This document shows, one piece after another, positions 22,035 through 30,088 of a stretch of 32,000 nucleotides of DNA (its first letter is position 1; every line of letters begins with the position of its first letter). The stretch is taken from assembly GCF_003231495.1 (NCBI RefSeq), contig NZ_PQWO01000001.1:300001-332000 (forward strand), in the 5' to 3' direction. Source of the DNA: Acaryochloris thomasi RCC1774. GTDB taxonomy: Bacteria > Cyanobacteriota > Cyanobacteriia > Thermosynechococcales > Thermosynechococcaceae. The position numbers and the translations under genes were made by a program. The notes under the pieces are model-generated. The model was not told the origin of the DNA. It worked only from the letters and a program-made list of their open reading frames with translations, and made no database searches.

Positions 22035-23009
22035 CTAGCTCACTAAGTACGCCTGCAAATCTGATCGATGGTTTTTGCGCAGATAGGTGATCGCCTGACG
22101 CTGAAGCTGACGGACTCGCTCACGGCTAATATCAAGCTGATCACCGATAGCGGCGAGGGTCATGGGGGGTGTTCCGCCGAGCCCAAACCGCATCTCTAAA
22201 ACAGCTTGAGCGCGGGGCGTTAATTTTTCCATTGCCGTCTGCATGTCCCGCGAAAGTGAGGCTTTGCTCACGTAATCGTCGGGAGAGTCTCCCTCATCTT
22301 CAAGCAGTTCAATTAAATCGGTATTCTGCTCGGTGCCGACGCGCATGTCTAAAGATAGGGTCGGTCGAGCAACCTTTAGAAACTTACGGACTTTAGCCGG
22401 TTCCAGATCGAGTGCGGTGGCGACTTCTTCTGTCGTAGCCTTGCGACCCAGGCTTTGGGTCAGATTGCGCTGCGTTTTCTTGATCTTGTTGAGCTTCTCA
22501 ACGATGTGAATCGGTAAACGGATTGTGCGGGCCTGCTGGGCGATCGCCCGGGTCATGGCCTGCCGAATCCACCAGTAGGCATAGGTTGAGAACCGATAAC
22601 CCTGCATGGGGTCAAACTTCTCAACGCCTCGGTGCAGACCTACACTGCCTTCTTGAACCAGGTCCATCATGTCTAGATTGCGATTGAGATACTTCTTGGC
22701 AATGGAAACCACTAGACGTAGGTTCGCCCTGACCATTTTTTCCCTGGCCCGCTGCCCTTGCTTCATGATCTGCGTGAGTTCTGCTTCTTCGAGGTCCACA
22801 GCTTTTGCCCATGCGGCATGCGTCACCGGCCCCTCTGCCTCTAGCTCCTCTTTCTTAGCCAACACAGACATCATTTGCTGGACCTGCTTGCCGTAGATAA
22901 TTTCTTGATCGTGCGTCAAAAGCGGAACTCGGCCAATCTCGCGTAAATAAACGCGTACAGAGTCCGTTGAAGCTTTTGATGATCTTTGGCTGAGATTAGT
23001 CTTAGGCAT
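22035..23009 (-). CDS. RpoD/SigA-family RNA polymerase sigma factor, group-2 type
   Basis: 324 aa. Region 1.2: DSVRVYLREIGRVPLLTHDQEI. Region 2: ANLRLVVSIAKKY...DLVQEGSVGLHRGVEKFDPMQGYRFSTYAYWWIRQAMTRAI..QARTIRLPIHIVEKLNKIKK. Region 4: LTPRAQAVLEMRFGL...TLAAIGDQLDISRERVRQLQRQAI. It has no long region 1.1, which fits a group-2 sigma. Confidence 0.95.
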   Translation of the reverse strand: MPKTNLSQRSSKASTDSVRVYLREIGRVPLLTHDQEIIYGKQVQQMMSVLAKKEELEAEGPVTHAAWAKAVDLEEAELTQIMKQGQRAREKMVRANLRLVVSIAKKYLNRNLDMMDLVQEGSVGLHRGVEKFDPMQGYRFSTYAYWWIRQAMTRAIAQQARTIRLPIHIVEKLNKIKKTQRNLTQSLGRKATTEEVATALDLEPAKVRKFLKVARPTLSLDMRVGTEQNTDLIELLEDEGDSPDDYVSKASLSRDMQTAMEKLTPRAQAVLEMRFGLGGTPPMTLAAIGDQLDISRERVRQLQRQAITYLRKNHRSDLQAYLVS

Positions 23010-23081
23010 AAAAAAGGATAAAGGAGTACTACTTCTACGATATCGGATCTACGAATGAGGTACCTCTGTCTAGAGATAGAG

Positions 23082-24230
23082 TTAGATGGTCATCGGTGAA
23101 TCGATGTATACCATCGGCTCTGGCATGGTGAAGCGCAGATTGTAGGTCATCAGGCGTTTTGCCACTTCCTCATTCGCTAAATCGAGCAACAGCTTCCGCA
23201 AGCTCAGCGAGTCTTCACTCGAACCCATAATGAAGAAATTTACCCTAGCTCGGGTTCCAGGCCGGTCTTCTAAAGGGACAAAGCGAACGCGGGTACTGGC
23301 TTTATCGATACCCCCAAAGCCATCAACACTTTCTAGAATGGTCTGCTGAACCAAAGCCTCTTCCGCCTGTTCTAACGACTGCGAAAAATCAAGAAACAGC
23401 ATCGCCATTACCTTTTTGCCCCGTGTGATATTCTCAATCGCCTTACTGGCCATCACAGAGTTCGGCACGATGTAAACCGTGTTTCTGGCAACGGTGCGAA
23501 TCTTGGTAGAGCGAATGCCAATTGACTCAATGCGCCCATAAACATCATCGTTGTGGGGGTTGAAGTTTACGCGCACGTATTCTCCAGGTAGGTAGGGACG
23601 GTCCAGGTAAAGTTCGATGGTGCCGACAAGCTGCTCTAAGCCCTGTTTCGCGGCGAAGGCGACGCCCACGCCGCCGATGCCGATGCTGGCAGAGAGCGCG
23701 ACTAAGTTGAGCTGCAGCCCTCGGGCAAAGATTACGATCGTGAATAGAATAATCACAAAATTGATCAGCGTCTCGAAAATCAGCACCAGTTCATTGACTT
23801 CACCCCCCAGTCGCTGCACCAAATTGACAACGTAGAAACGAATCACGCGCTGGGCCAGCCGGGAGGCCAGCCACCCCATACTGATGGCCAAGGCCAAGTA
23901 CACAAAGAACCCTAAAAACCGATAAAAGTTTTCATACCGCCGCATCAGATTTGAACAGAGGGTGATGAAAGCAAAGGTACCGGTGGTAATCAGTGCATTA
24001 CGAACGGGACGAATGAAATCGCGGTAGATCGGCGGAATCCCGAGGGGCACTAAACGGTTAGCTAATCTCAGCAGTCCCCATAGCAGTCGCGGGAACGCCC
24101 GACCGACAAGGGGCGAAAGGACAGCGCCTAGCAAAAATAGCCCTAACCGGATACTGAGTTCAACGAGAAATTCACGAATGTCGCCGTTGATCTGAAACGT
24201 GTCCAGCAGAATTCTAAGGAGATCGGTCAT
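23082..24230 (-). CDS. Mechanosensitive ion channel (MscS family) protein
   Basis: 382 aa. The N-terminus has multiple hydrophobic helices. The MscS core is IGIGGVGVAFAAKQGLEQLVGTIELYLDRPYLPGEYVRV...GRIESIGIRSTKIRTVARNTVYIVPNSVMASKAIENITR. Confidence 0.9.
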   Translation of the reverse strand: MTDLLRILLDTFQINGDIREFLVELSIRLGLFLLGAVLSPLVGRAFPRLLWGLLRLANRLVPLGIPPIYRDFIRPVRNALITTGTFAFITLCSNLMRRYENFYRFLGFFVYLALAISMGWLASRLAQRVIRFYVVNLVQRLGGEVNELVLIFETLINFVIILFTIVIFARGLQLNLVALSASIGIGGVGVAFAAKQGLEQLVGTIELYLDRPYLPGEYVRVNFNPHNDDVYGRIESIGIRSTKIRTVARNTVYIVPNSVMASKAIENITRGKKVMAMLFLDFSQSLEQAEEALVQQTILESVDGFGGIDKASTRVRFVPLEDRPGTRARVNFFIMGSSEDSLSLRKLLLDLANEEVAKRLMTYNLRFTMPEPMVYIDSPMTI

Positions 24231-25399
24231 GAAGCATCGATGTTCATGGGCTGAGAAATGTCGGTGGTTTTCTCCTCTAACCGGAAGGCAATGCCGTATT
24301 CATGGAGGCGCTCGACGATATTCTCTTGGGCAATCTCTAGCAGGCTTTTACGCAGTTCCATAGAGTTTTCGGCGGCCCCGAGAATGAAGAAAACGATTTG
24401 TGCTTGCGTAATCCCTTTGCTCATAATCACTTCTTCAAAGGTAACCTGCGTGAGGCGATGATCAATGCCTAGAATATCGCGGGTGCTGCCGATGATTAGC
24501 TGCTGCACTAAGGCTCGTTCTTCGTCAGGAATCACCCGAAAAAAGGTTAGCTCCACAATTGAGATCACGCGCCGTGCCCGCGTTAGATTTTCGATGCTGG
24601 TTTGGGCCAGGTTGCTGTTGGGGATAATCACTAAGGTATTTTTGCCGGACAGCCTCACTTTTGTGGAGCGCCAGCCAATCGATTCCACCCGCCCTAAGGT
24701 GCGATCGGGAAGGTGGATATAGTCGCCCACCACGAAGGGCCGGTCGATGTATAAAGTGATGCTCCACAGTATTTGCTCTAGAACTTTTTGGGACGCAAAT
24801 GCGATCGCAACACTTCCCACCCCCAAACTAGCCGTCAAACCAAATACATTAATCCGGTGGGTTTCGGCAAACAAAAAGATCACAATCAGGACAATGACGG
24901 CGTTAGAGATGAACTTTGCCAGCACCAAAAGCTCACTATTGATCTTGGTCTGATCTTCAAGGGCCACCTCTAGCAGGTAGTTATCAAACAGAGTCTTGAA
25001 CAGCGCAAAGCCAAGAAAGATAATGCTAATCGCCACCAGCAGCCCCAACGGGAACTCCAGCAGCGGCAGGCCATAGCGATTGACCACAATTAAGATACTC
25101 AGGTCCGCCACCGTTAGCAGCACCGTCCAGATCACCCAGTCCTGATAGGGCCGCACAACCGTGCGATAGATCTCTTGAAACTCCGCCGAAGAGAACCGGT
25201 CCACCAGCAGGCGAAACACCGTTGGAATTTTGAGGTAGGACAGGCCGACAACCAGAAATAGCGCGATGGCAGCAACCAAACCCAGCAGCACCGTGAGGCC
25301 CGCATCTAGGGTTTGAGAGACGCCAAATACCCGCGTCAATCGCTGAGGCGTTGCTTGGGCAAAGGTCGCAAGAAGGGTCAATAAGGCGTAATCTATCAC
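24227..25399 (-). CDS. Mechanosensitive ion channel (MscS family) protein, tandem paralog of the downstream gene
   Basis: 390 aa with a GTG start at 25399. The core is LGVGSVAIAFASQKVLEQILWSITLYIDRPFVVGDYIHL...GRVESIGWRSTKVRLSGKNTLVIIPNSNLAQTSIENLTR. Its stop overlaps the next ATG (ATGA at 24227-24230). Confidence 0.9.
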   Translation of the reverse strand: MIDYALLTLLATFAQATPQRLTRVFGVSQTLDAGLTVLLGLVAAIALFLVVGLSYLKIPTVFRLLVDRFSSAEFQEIYRTVVRPYQDWVIWTVLLTVADLSILIVVNRYGLPLLEFPLGLLVAISIIFLGFALFKTLFDNYLLEVALEDQTKINSELLVLAKFISNAVIVLIVIFLFAETHRINVFGLTASLGVGSVAIAFASQKVLEQILWSITLYIDRPFVVGDYIHLPDRTLGRVESIGWRSTKVRLSGKNTLVIIPNSNLAQTSIENLTRARRVISIVELTFFRVIPDEERALVQQLIIGSTRDILGIDHRLTQVTFEEVIMSKGITQAQIVFFILGAAENSMELRKSLLEIAQENIVERLHEYGIAFRLEEKTTDISQPMNIDAS

Positions 25400-25674
25400 G
25401 GCCTAACTCTAAACGGGCACGGTCTCATTTGCTATTCCCCGCATTAAATCAGGATGGCCAAATACCCGTGAGCAGATGGAGATCAATCTTTAGCATTCTA
25501 TACACAAAGCCTGCAGCTCAGATACTACCGCTGGGAACCTAACTCAGGATAGCTACTCTGTCCTGGGGTAGAAGACAAAGATGACGGTCACATCATAGGA
25601 TTGCACTGCTGTTTACAGCGCTGGAGTCGTCGGCTGCTTTTGGCGCTACAGGCAGCTTGTGCTTTCATTGACCC

Positions 25675-26811
25675 ATGGCCCTTCTTAATCAACAGCTACA
25701 GCGCTGGTTGCCCACCGGACTAAAACAGTTCCTAGATCGTCTAGCGAACAGTGATGAAGCTGCCGAGCAACCAGAGGAAAACTGTGCCGATTTAACACCC
25801 GAGCAAATTGAACAGCTGTCTGAGGCCATTCAATCCCTCCCCAACCACCCCGTCAACCCAGAAGCCATCTACTCAGATATAAAAGCAGCACTAGAGCAAT
25901 GGCAGGCTAATCCCCAATCGTCTAACAATTCATTGGCAATTTTGAGCAGCCCTGGTGTTGCGATCGCAAATATCCTGGCCCATGACCTAGAACAGCAGCT
26001 AGCTGGACACGAGCCGCCCGTCCTTGTTCTAGCAACCGCTGATCGTGCTAGAGAATCCCATCAGATCGAATCTCTGTTAGAGCAGCGTATCCAGCAGACA
26101 GGTGCTGATCAAGATCGATGCATCGTCGTTATCCCTGACCTGAGTCAATGCTTCCTGCGGAGCGTCGATGGACTCTCTAGCCTAGATTTTTTGCAAGAGA
26201 CGCTTTTGCAGAATCCCTGTCGGTTTACGATTATGGGCCTCGATCCGGTTGCTTGGCACTACCTAGGGGTTGTGAGTCACCTTGCAACCTACTGTAGTCA
26301 AGAGCTATCGTTGCCCAAGCTAGAGGCCGATCAACTACAGGATTGGCTGAAGCCAGTGATCGACCAATTTCAGCTCCAGTTCAGCCGTCACTCAGCGCTG
26401 CAGAAGGCGACCAATGACTCCCCTGAGAGCCGCTACTTCAAGGAGCTGGCTGCTCTTTCAAACGGTAATCGCGTCGTAGCAGAGCAGCTCTTCCTCCAGT
26501 CCATTCACTCCGCTAATGATCGTCCTGAAGCATTAGAGCTAGGAGTACCCAAGTTACCGAACCTCCCCTCCCTTCAAGAAAGTGATAACTATCTGCTCTA
26601 CTCCCTACTCTTACATGGCGAGATGACGCTCTCAGCCCTCGCCGATAGTCTGGGGGAGGCCGTCCCCACACTTCGCTACCAAGCACAGGCTTTACAGCAG
26701 TCTGAAGTCATACTGCTGCGTGAAGACCGGCTAAGCATCAACCCTACTTATGACCCCGAACTCCGGCAGAGTTTAGCACTTAATAATTTTGTTATTGATT
26801 CCCGAGATTGA
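25675..26811 (+). CDS. Hypothetical protein: acidic N-terminus, degenerate AAA+/Arch_ATPase-like core and a predicted C-terminal winged helix
   Basis: 378 aa. LAILSSPGVAIANIL aligns to the pattern hhhhG.PG.GKT.h but lacks the G, K and T. CIVVIPDLSQCF looks like a Walker-B strand with Asp but no Glu. LSLPKLEADQLQDWL and LSNGNRVVAEQLF resemble lid-domain motifs. LLYSLLLHGEMTLSALADSLGEAVPTLRYQAQALQQSEVILLREDRLSINP resembles a wHTH. The stop TGA (26809-26811) shares its A with the next ATG. Confidence 0.75.
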   Translation: MALLNQQLQRWLPTGLKQFLDRLANSDEAAEQPEENCADLTPEQIEQLSEAIQSLPNHPVNPEAIYSDIKAALEQWQANPQSSNNSLAILSSPGVAIANILAHDLEQQLAGHEPPVLVLATADRARESHQIESLLEQRIQQTGADQDRCIVVIPDLSQCFLRSVDGLSSLDFLQETLLQNPCRFTIMGLDPVAWHYLGVVSHLATYCSQELSLPKLEADQLQDWLKPVIDQFQLQFSRHSALQKATNDSPESRYFKELAALSNGNRVVAEQLFLQSIHSANDRPEALELGVPKLPNLPSLQESDNYLLYSLLLHGEMTLSALADSLGEAVPTLRYQAQALQQSEVILLREDRLSINPTYDPELRQSLALNNFVIDSRD

Positions 26812-27695
26812 TGTCAATTTTTATATATTCTTTACCGCTAGCCCAGTCCACCAGCAATACAGCGAACCAAACCGCTGAAAAAGCAAAAGATATCCTGGCA
26901 CAGATTACAGCAGGCAAGGTCACTCGTGCCCTGTTGATCGTGCTGGCGGCTTACTTAGCCATTCAAATCTTCGACAAGCTAATCATTTGGCTATCGGAGC
27001 GAGTGCCCCGAGAATGGCGACTGCGTGTCAAGCAATTCTTGCCCTTTGTGCGCTTAGTCGTGATCTTGGTAGCAACGGCGTCCCTGATTGATCTATTTCT
27101 GAACATCAACCGCGAGAACCTACTAGCGATCACCGGAACTGCAGCAGTGGCCTTGGGCTTTGCATTCAAAGATTTAGTCAGCTCGGTAATTGCCGGCGTA
27201 TTCGGATTATTTGAAGCGCCCTATCGGATTGGAGACCGGGTCCAGATCGGCGACCACTATGGCGAAGTGATTGGCTACGGCCTCCGGGGTATTCGCCTGC
27301 AGACCCCCGACGACAGCGTCGTCACTATTCCCCACGGCCAGATTTGGACCAGCGCCGTTGTCAACAGCAACATGGGAAACCTGGAGGCGCAGGTGGTCAC
27401 GGAATTTTACTTTGCCCATGAGGTAGATGTAGTGCTGGCGAAGAAAATTTTATACAAAGTGGCCTACACCAGCAAGTACACCCAACTCAAGCTGCCGGTT
27501 CAGGTGATTATGCAGGAAAAGTCCTGGGGAACACTATTCAAGCTTAAGTGCTATCCCATCGATGCCCGCAACGAGTTTGTGTATAAAACAGACCTAATCA
27601 GCCGGGCCAAACAGGCTTTTGCCCGTCATCAGCTTCCCTATCCTCGTCTGCTCGATCTAGAATCTCGCGCCCAGCACACCTCAACCTCAAACTGA
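26811..27695 (+). CDS. Small mechanosensitive ion channel (MscS family) protein
   Basis: The ORF track start at 26808 is a TTG, and an ATG follows at 26811. There are three N-terminal hydrophobic helices. The core is LAITGTAAVALGFAFKDLVSSVIAGVFGLFEAPYRIGDRVQIGDHYGEVIGYGLRGIRLQTPDDSVVTIPHGQIWTSAVVNSN. Confidence 0.9.
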   Translation: MSIFIYSLPLAQSTSNTANQTAEKAKDILAQITAGKVTRALLIVLAAYLAIQIFDKLIIWLSERVPREWRLRVKQFLPFVRLVVILVATASLIDLFLNINRENLLAITGTAAVALGFAFKDLVSSVIAGVFGLFEAPYRIGDRVQIGDHYGEVIGYGLRGIRLQTPDDSVVTIPHGQIWTSAVVNSNMGNLEAQVVTEFYFAHEVDVVLAKKILYKVAYTSKYTQLKLPVQVIMQEKSWGTLFKLKCYPIDARNEFVYKTDLISRAKQAFARHQLPYPRLLDLESRAQHTSTSN

Positions 27696-27815
27696 AAGGT
27701 TCTCCCATATGGCGGCGCGCGTATTGATCAGGGTACTTAAACGGTTGACATCCTTTTGTGGCTTAGAGATTCCAAGTAGACCGGCATAATCAAGGCAAAG
27801 ATCCTGCTCTATGTG

Positions 27816-27941
27816 GTCCTCACCTCCAGCCCCTCTCCCAATATTTGGAGAGAGGAACAAGATCCCTGCGTTATCTGCTTTTCTCCCCCTTCGTCCGGTA
27901 TTAGGAGAGGGAGGCTAGTGGGGAGGGCTAGGTGAGCGACC
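27816..27941. repeat. Imperfect palindromic element of about 125 nt with nested CT-rich and GA-rich arms, lying between convergent genes (MITE/REP-like; may act as a bidirectional terminator)
   Basis: The outer arms ggtcctcacctccagcccctc (27816-) and gagggctaggtgagcgacc (-27941) are near reverse complements. Two inner hairpins are cccctctccca-atatt-tggagagagg (27830-27855) and ctccccc...ggagagggagg (27883-27914). This resembles the CCCCTC/GAGGGG-type intergenic repeats common in cyanobacteria. Confidence 0.5.
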
Positions 27942-28003
27942 TTGAATTCAATCAGAGATCTTAAAGCTAATTGGGCAGACCTCTTTAGCTCAGCCGATTG
28001 CTG

Positions 28004-29356
28004 CTACATCTGTTCAGCGATCTCTGCACCTAGCGTATTCTTCAAGAGGGCCGGTGGATTTCTGAAGACCAGCGTGTAGATATCTGTTGGCATCTCTATA
28101 TCAGCCTTTTCTAGCGACTCCTTGACCGTTTGAGCGACATCCGACGTCATCGCTAAAAACTCACCCCGCTGCGAGTTGACCCAGAAACGAACCTCTAAGT
28201 TGACGGTACTCGCCGCTAGCTCTCGCACCAGCACCTCCGGTACAGGGCTGCTCTCAACCAGCTCTTCTTGACTCACGGCAGCTTGAATCACCTGAACGGC
28301 TTCAGAAATATCAGCGTCATAATCAATGCCCACCATCACTGAGCTGCGGCGAATATTTGAGGCTGTATTATTGATGATGCTAGCCCCAAAAACCTCTTGA
28401 TTGGGAATGTAGACCATTCGGCCATCGTAGGTTTTCATAGTGGTGGCCCGCAGTTGAATCTGCGTGATCGTGCCTTCATAGTCTGAAATCACCACCTGAT
28501 CGCCCAGGCGGAACGGACGAGCTGCCAGCAAAATGACGCCTGAGATATAGTTGCTCAGTACATCCTTGAGGCTAAAACCAATGGCAACGCTGGTCAGGCC
28601 CAGCGCTCCTAGAAGCGCTCCAAAATCTAGGCCCAGAACCCCCAGAGCGATGACTAAGCCAACAATCCAAACACCGCCATATCCTAGCCGTCCGATCAAA
28701 ACTTCGGTGCTGCGATCGCCCTCTGTCTGCTGTGCCCAGCGAAAGGCAATATAACGGACACCGGTAGCTGCCCCCCAAGTCACGAGGACTACCAATAACG
28801 CCCCCACAAATGCAGGCAAGCTCTCGATTGCGTTTCGACTCAGTTGACGCACGGTTGTGTTCAGCCGCTGAACCACATCTATTGCTAGGGGAGGAGCTTC
28901 CAGAGACTGATTCAAGCGTTCAGTCCAGTTTTGGGCTAGATCTTCGACCGATAGACCATAGTCTTCTGCATCTTGGCCAGTCACCGTCATCAGAACACGG
29001 TTATTGAGCTGTAGCGTCGTCACCTCTCGCACGGCCTGGATAGTGACATCCCCAATCTCGTCACGAGAAAGAACGCTGGCAATTCGGCGATTGATAATCG
29101 CAGCCCGCTTGCTGGCCTCCAACTCAGAGAGGCTTCCCACCTGGAACACTGAGCGTCCCTTAACCACCACATCGGCAAAGTATTCAGTCGTATCAGGTTC
29201 TGAGGCAGGCGCGGTTATGGGTGGAGGCTCTTGACCCAGCGTTGGTGGAGCAGGCGCTCCGACGAGTAGCGCTGCAACGACCATCAGCGCTGCGCCTCCT
29301 CTGGCAATGGGTAGGTGATAAGCTACCGCAACGCCCAAAAATCGGTGTTTTACCAT
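28004..29356 (-). CDS. Mechanosensitive ion channel (MscS family) protein with a long N-terminal extracytoplasmic domain
   Basis: The ORF track start at 29383 is a TTG that abuts the upstream terminator T-tract. ATG 29356 (MVKHRFLGVAVAYHLPIARGGAALMVVAALLVGAPAP, signal-like) is more plausible. The core is LGLTSVAIGFSLKDVLSNYISGVILLAARPFRLGDQVVISDYEGTITQIQLRATTMKTYDGRMVYIPNQEVFGASIINNT. Confidence 0.9.
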   Translation of the reverse strand: MVKHRFLGVAVAYHLPIARGGAALMVVAALLVGAPAPPTLGQEPPPITAPASEPDTTEYFADVVVKGRSVFQVGSLSELEASKRAAIINRRIASVLSRDEIGDVTIQAVREVTTLQLNNRVLMTVTGQDAEDYGLSVEDLAQNWTERLNQSLEAPPLAIDVVQRLNTTVRQLSRNAIESLPAFVGALLVVLVTWGAATGVRYIAFRWAQQTEGDRSTEVLIGRLGYGGVWIVGLVIALGVLGLDFGALLGALGLTSVAIGFSLKDVLSNYISGVILLAARPFRLGDQVVISDYEGTITQIQLRATTMKTYDGRMVYIPNQEVFGASIINNTASNIRRSSVMVGIDYDADISEAVQVIQAAVSQEELVESSPVPEVLVRELAASTVNLEVRFWVNSQRGEFLAMTSDVAQTVKESLEKADIEMPTDIYTLVFRNPPALLKNTLGAEIAEQM

Positions 29357-29381
29357 ATCAACAAACGCAATGATTGACTGC

Positions 29382-29412
29382 AAAAAGCCCAGGCAACGGT
29401 GCTGCCTGGGCT
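29382..29412 (-). terminator. Rho-independent terminator ending the small-gene (CsbD) operon
   Basis: The minus strand reads agcccaggca-gcaccgt-tgcctgggct followed by ttttt. This is a perfect 10-bp GC-rich stem (29386-29395 paired with 29403-29412), a 7-nt loop and a T5 tract (29382-29386). It sits 32 nt downstream of the CsbD stop. Confidence 0.8.
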
Positions 29413-29443
29413 GGATACTTCTTAAACTGTGTAGAAGCGCGAC

Positions 29444-29626
29444 CTAATCTATCGCTTTCTTAATTTCGTCCTTGACGTTTTCTACAGAGTGGCGCGCTGC
29501 GGCTCCTTCCTGCTTAGCTTGTCCTTCGCTTACGTCTTTAGGGTTGCCGGTTACTTCACCAACGGCCTCTTGGACTTTTCCTTCGATGTTCTGAGCCGTA
29601 GCTTTGGCTCTGTCTTCTATACTCAT
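29444..29626 (-). CDS. CsbD-family small stress protein (60 aa)
   Basis: The internal ATG at 29626 is preceded by AAAGAGGTAAAGATC, which supplies an SD-like GAGG. MSIEDRAKATAQNIEGKVQEAVGEVTGNPKDVSEGQAKQEGAAARHSVENVKDEIKKAID fits the CsbD pattern (GK.KE..G..TG......G...Q..G). The longer track ORF (to 29674) lacks an RBS. Confidence 0.85.
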   Translation of the reverse strand: MSIEDRAKATAQNIEGKVQEAVGEVTGNPKDVSEGQAKQEGAAARHSVENVKDEIKKAID

Positions 29627-29677
29627 GATCTTTACCTCTTTGTCTCTGAAACAGGTTTGTCTGGCCCGAAACAACTT

Positions 29678-30040
29678 TTACTTGCCCATTGCAGACTTAG
29701 CAGTTTCCTGAATGTCGTCTGCTACAGTTGAACCCTCAGAATTGCTAGGGTTGTACATCTTACCCATGTCTGCTCGGCCCTGAACTTCGTTGAGTCCCTT
29801 CTTAGCCTTTGCCTGCACTGCCTTCATAGACTTCGGATCAGCATCAGGGTTTGCGGACTCTTTACTCTCTTGATAAATGCTGTCTAACTGAGCCGCACCA
29901 TCTGAGGGCTTACTGCTAGCACCACCAAAGGCTAGAGCAGGAGAGGTGTTAGCGGCAATGTACAAGGTGCAGACCAGCATTACGGCCACCAGCTTAGCGA
30001 CGCGGAGTAAAGACGTAAGCTTAGTAAAAATGAACTGCAT
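29678..30040 (-). CDS. Small secreted or anchored hypothetical protein (Lys/Ala/Gly/Ser-rich)
   Basis: ATG at 30040 (MQFIFTKLTSLLRVAKLVAVMLVCTLYIAANTSPALAFG...) with GGAG about 11 nt upstream. The signal peptide has an ALA-FG cleavage-like site. The remainder is hydrophilic and low in complexity. Confidence 0.6.
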   Translation of the reverse strand: MQFIFTKLTSLLRVAKLVAVMLVCTLYIAANTSPALAFGGASSKPSDGAAQLDSIYQESKESANPDADPKSMKAVQAKAKKGLNEVQGRADMGKMYNPSNSEGSTVADDIQETAKSAMGK

Positions 30041-30088
30041 AGTTAAATATTCTCCAATCAATGTACTTGAAATAAAACTTTCGGCCCT

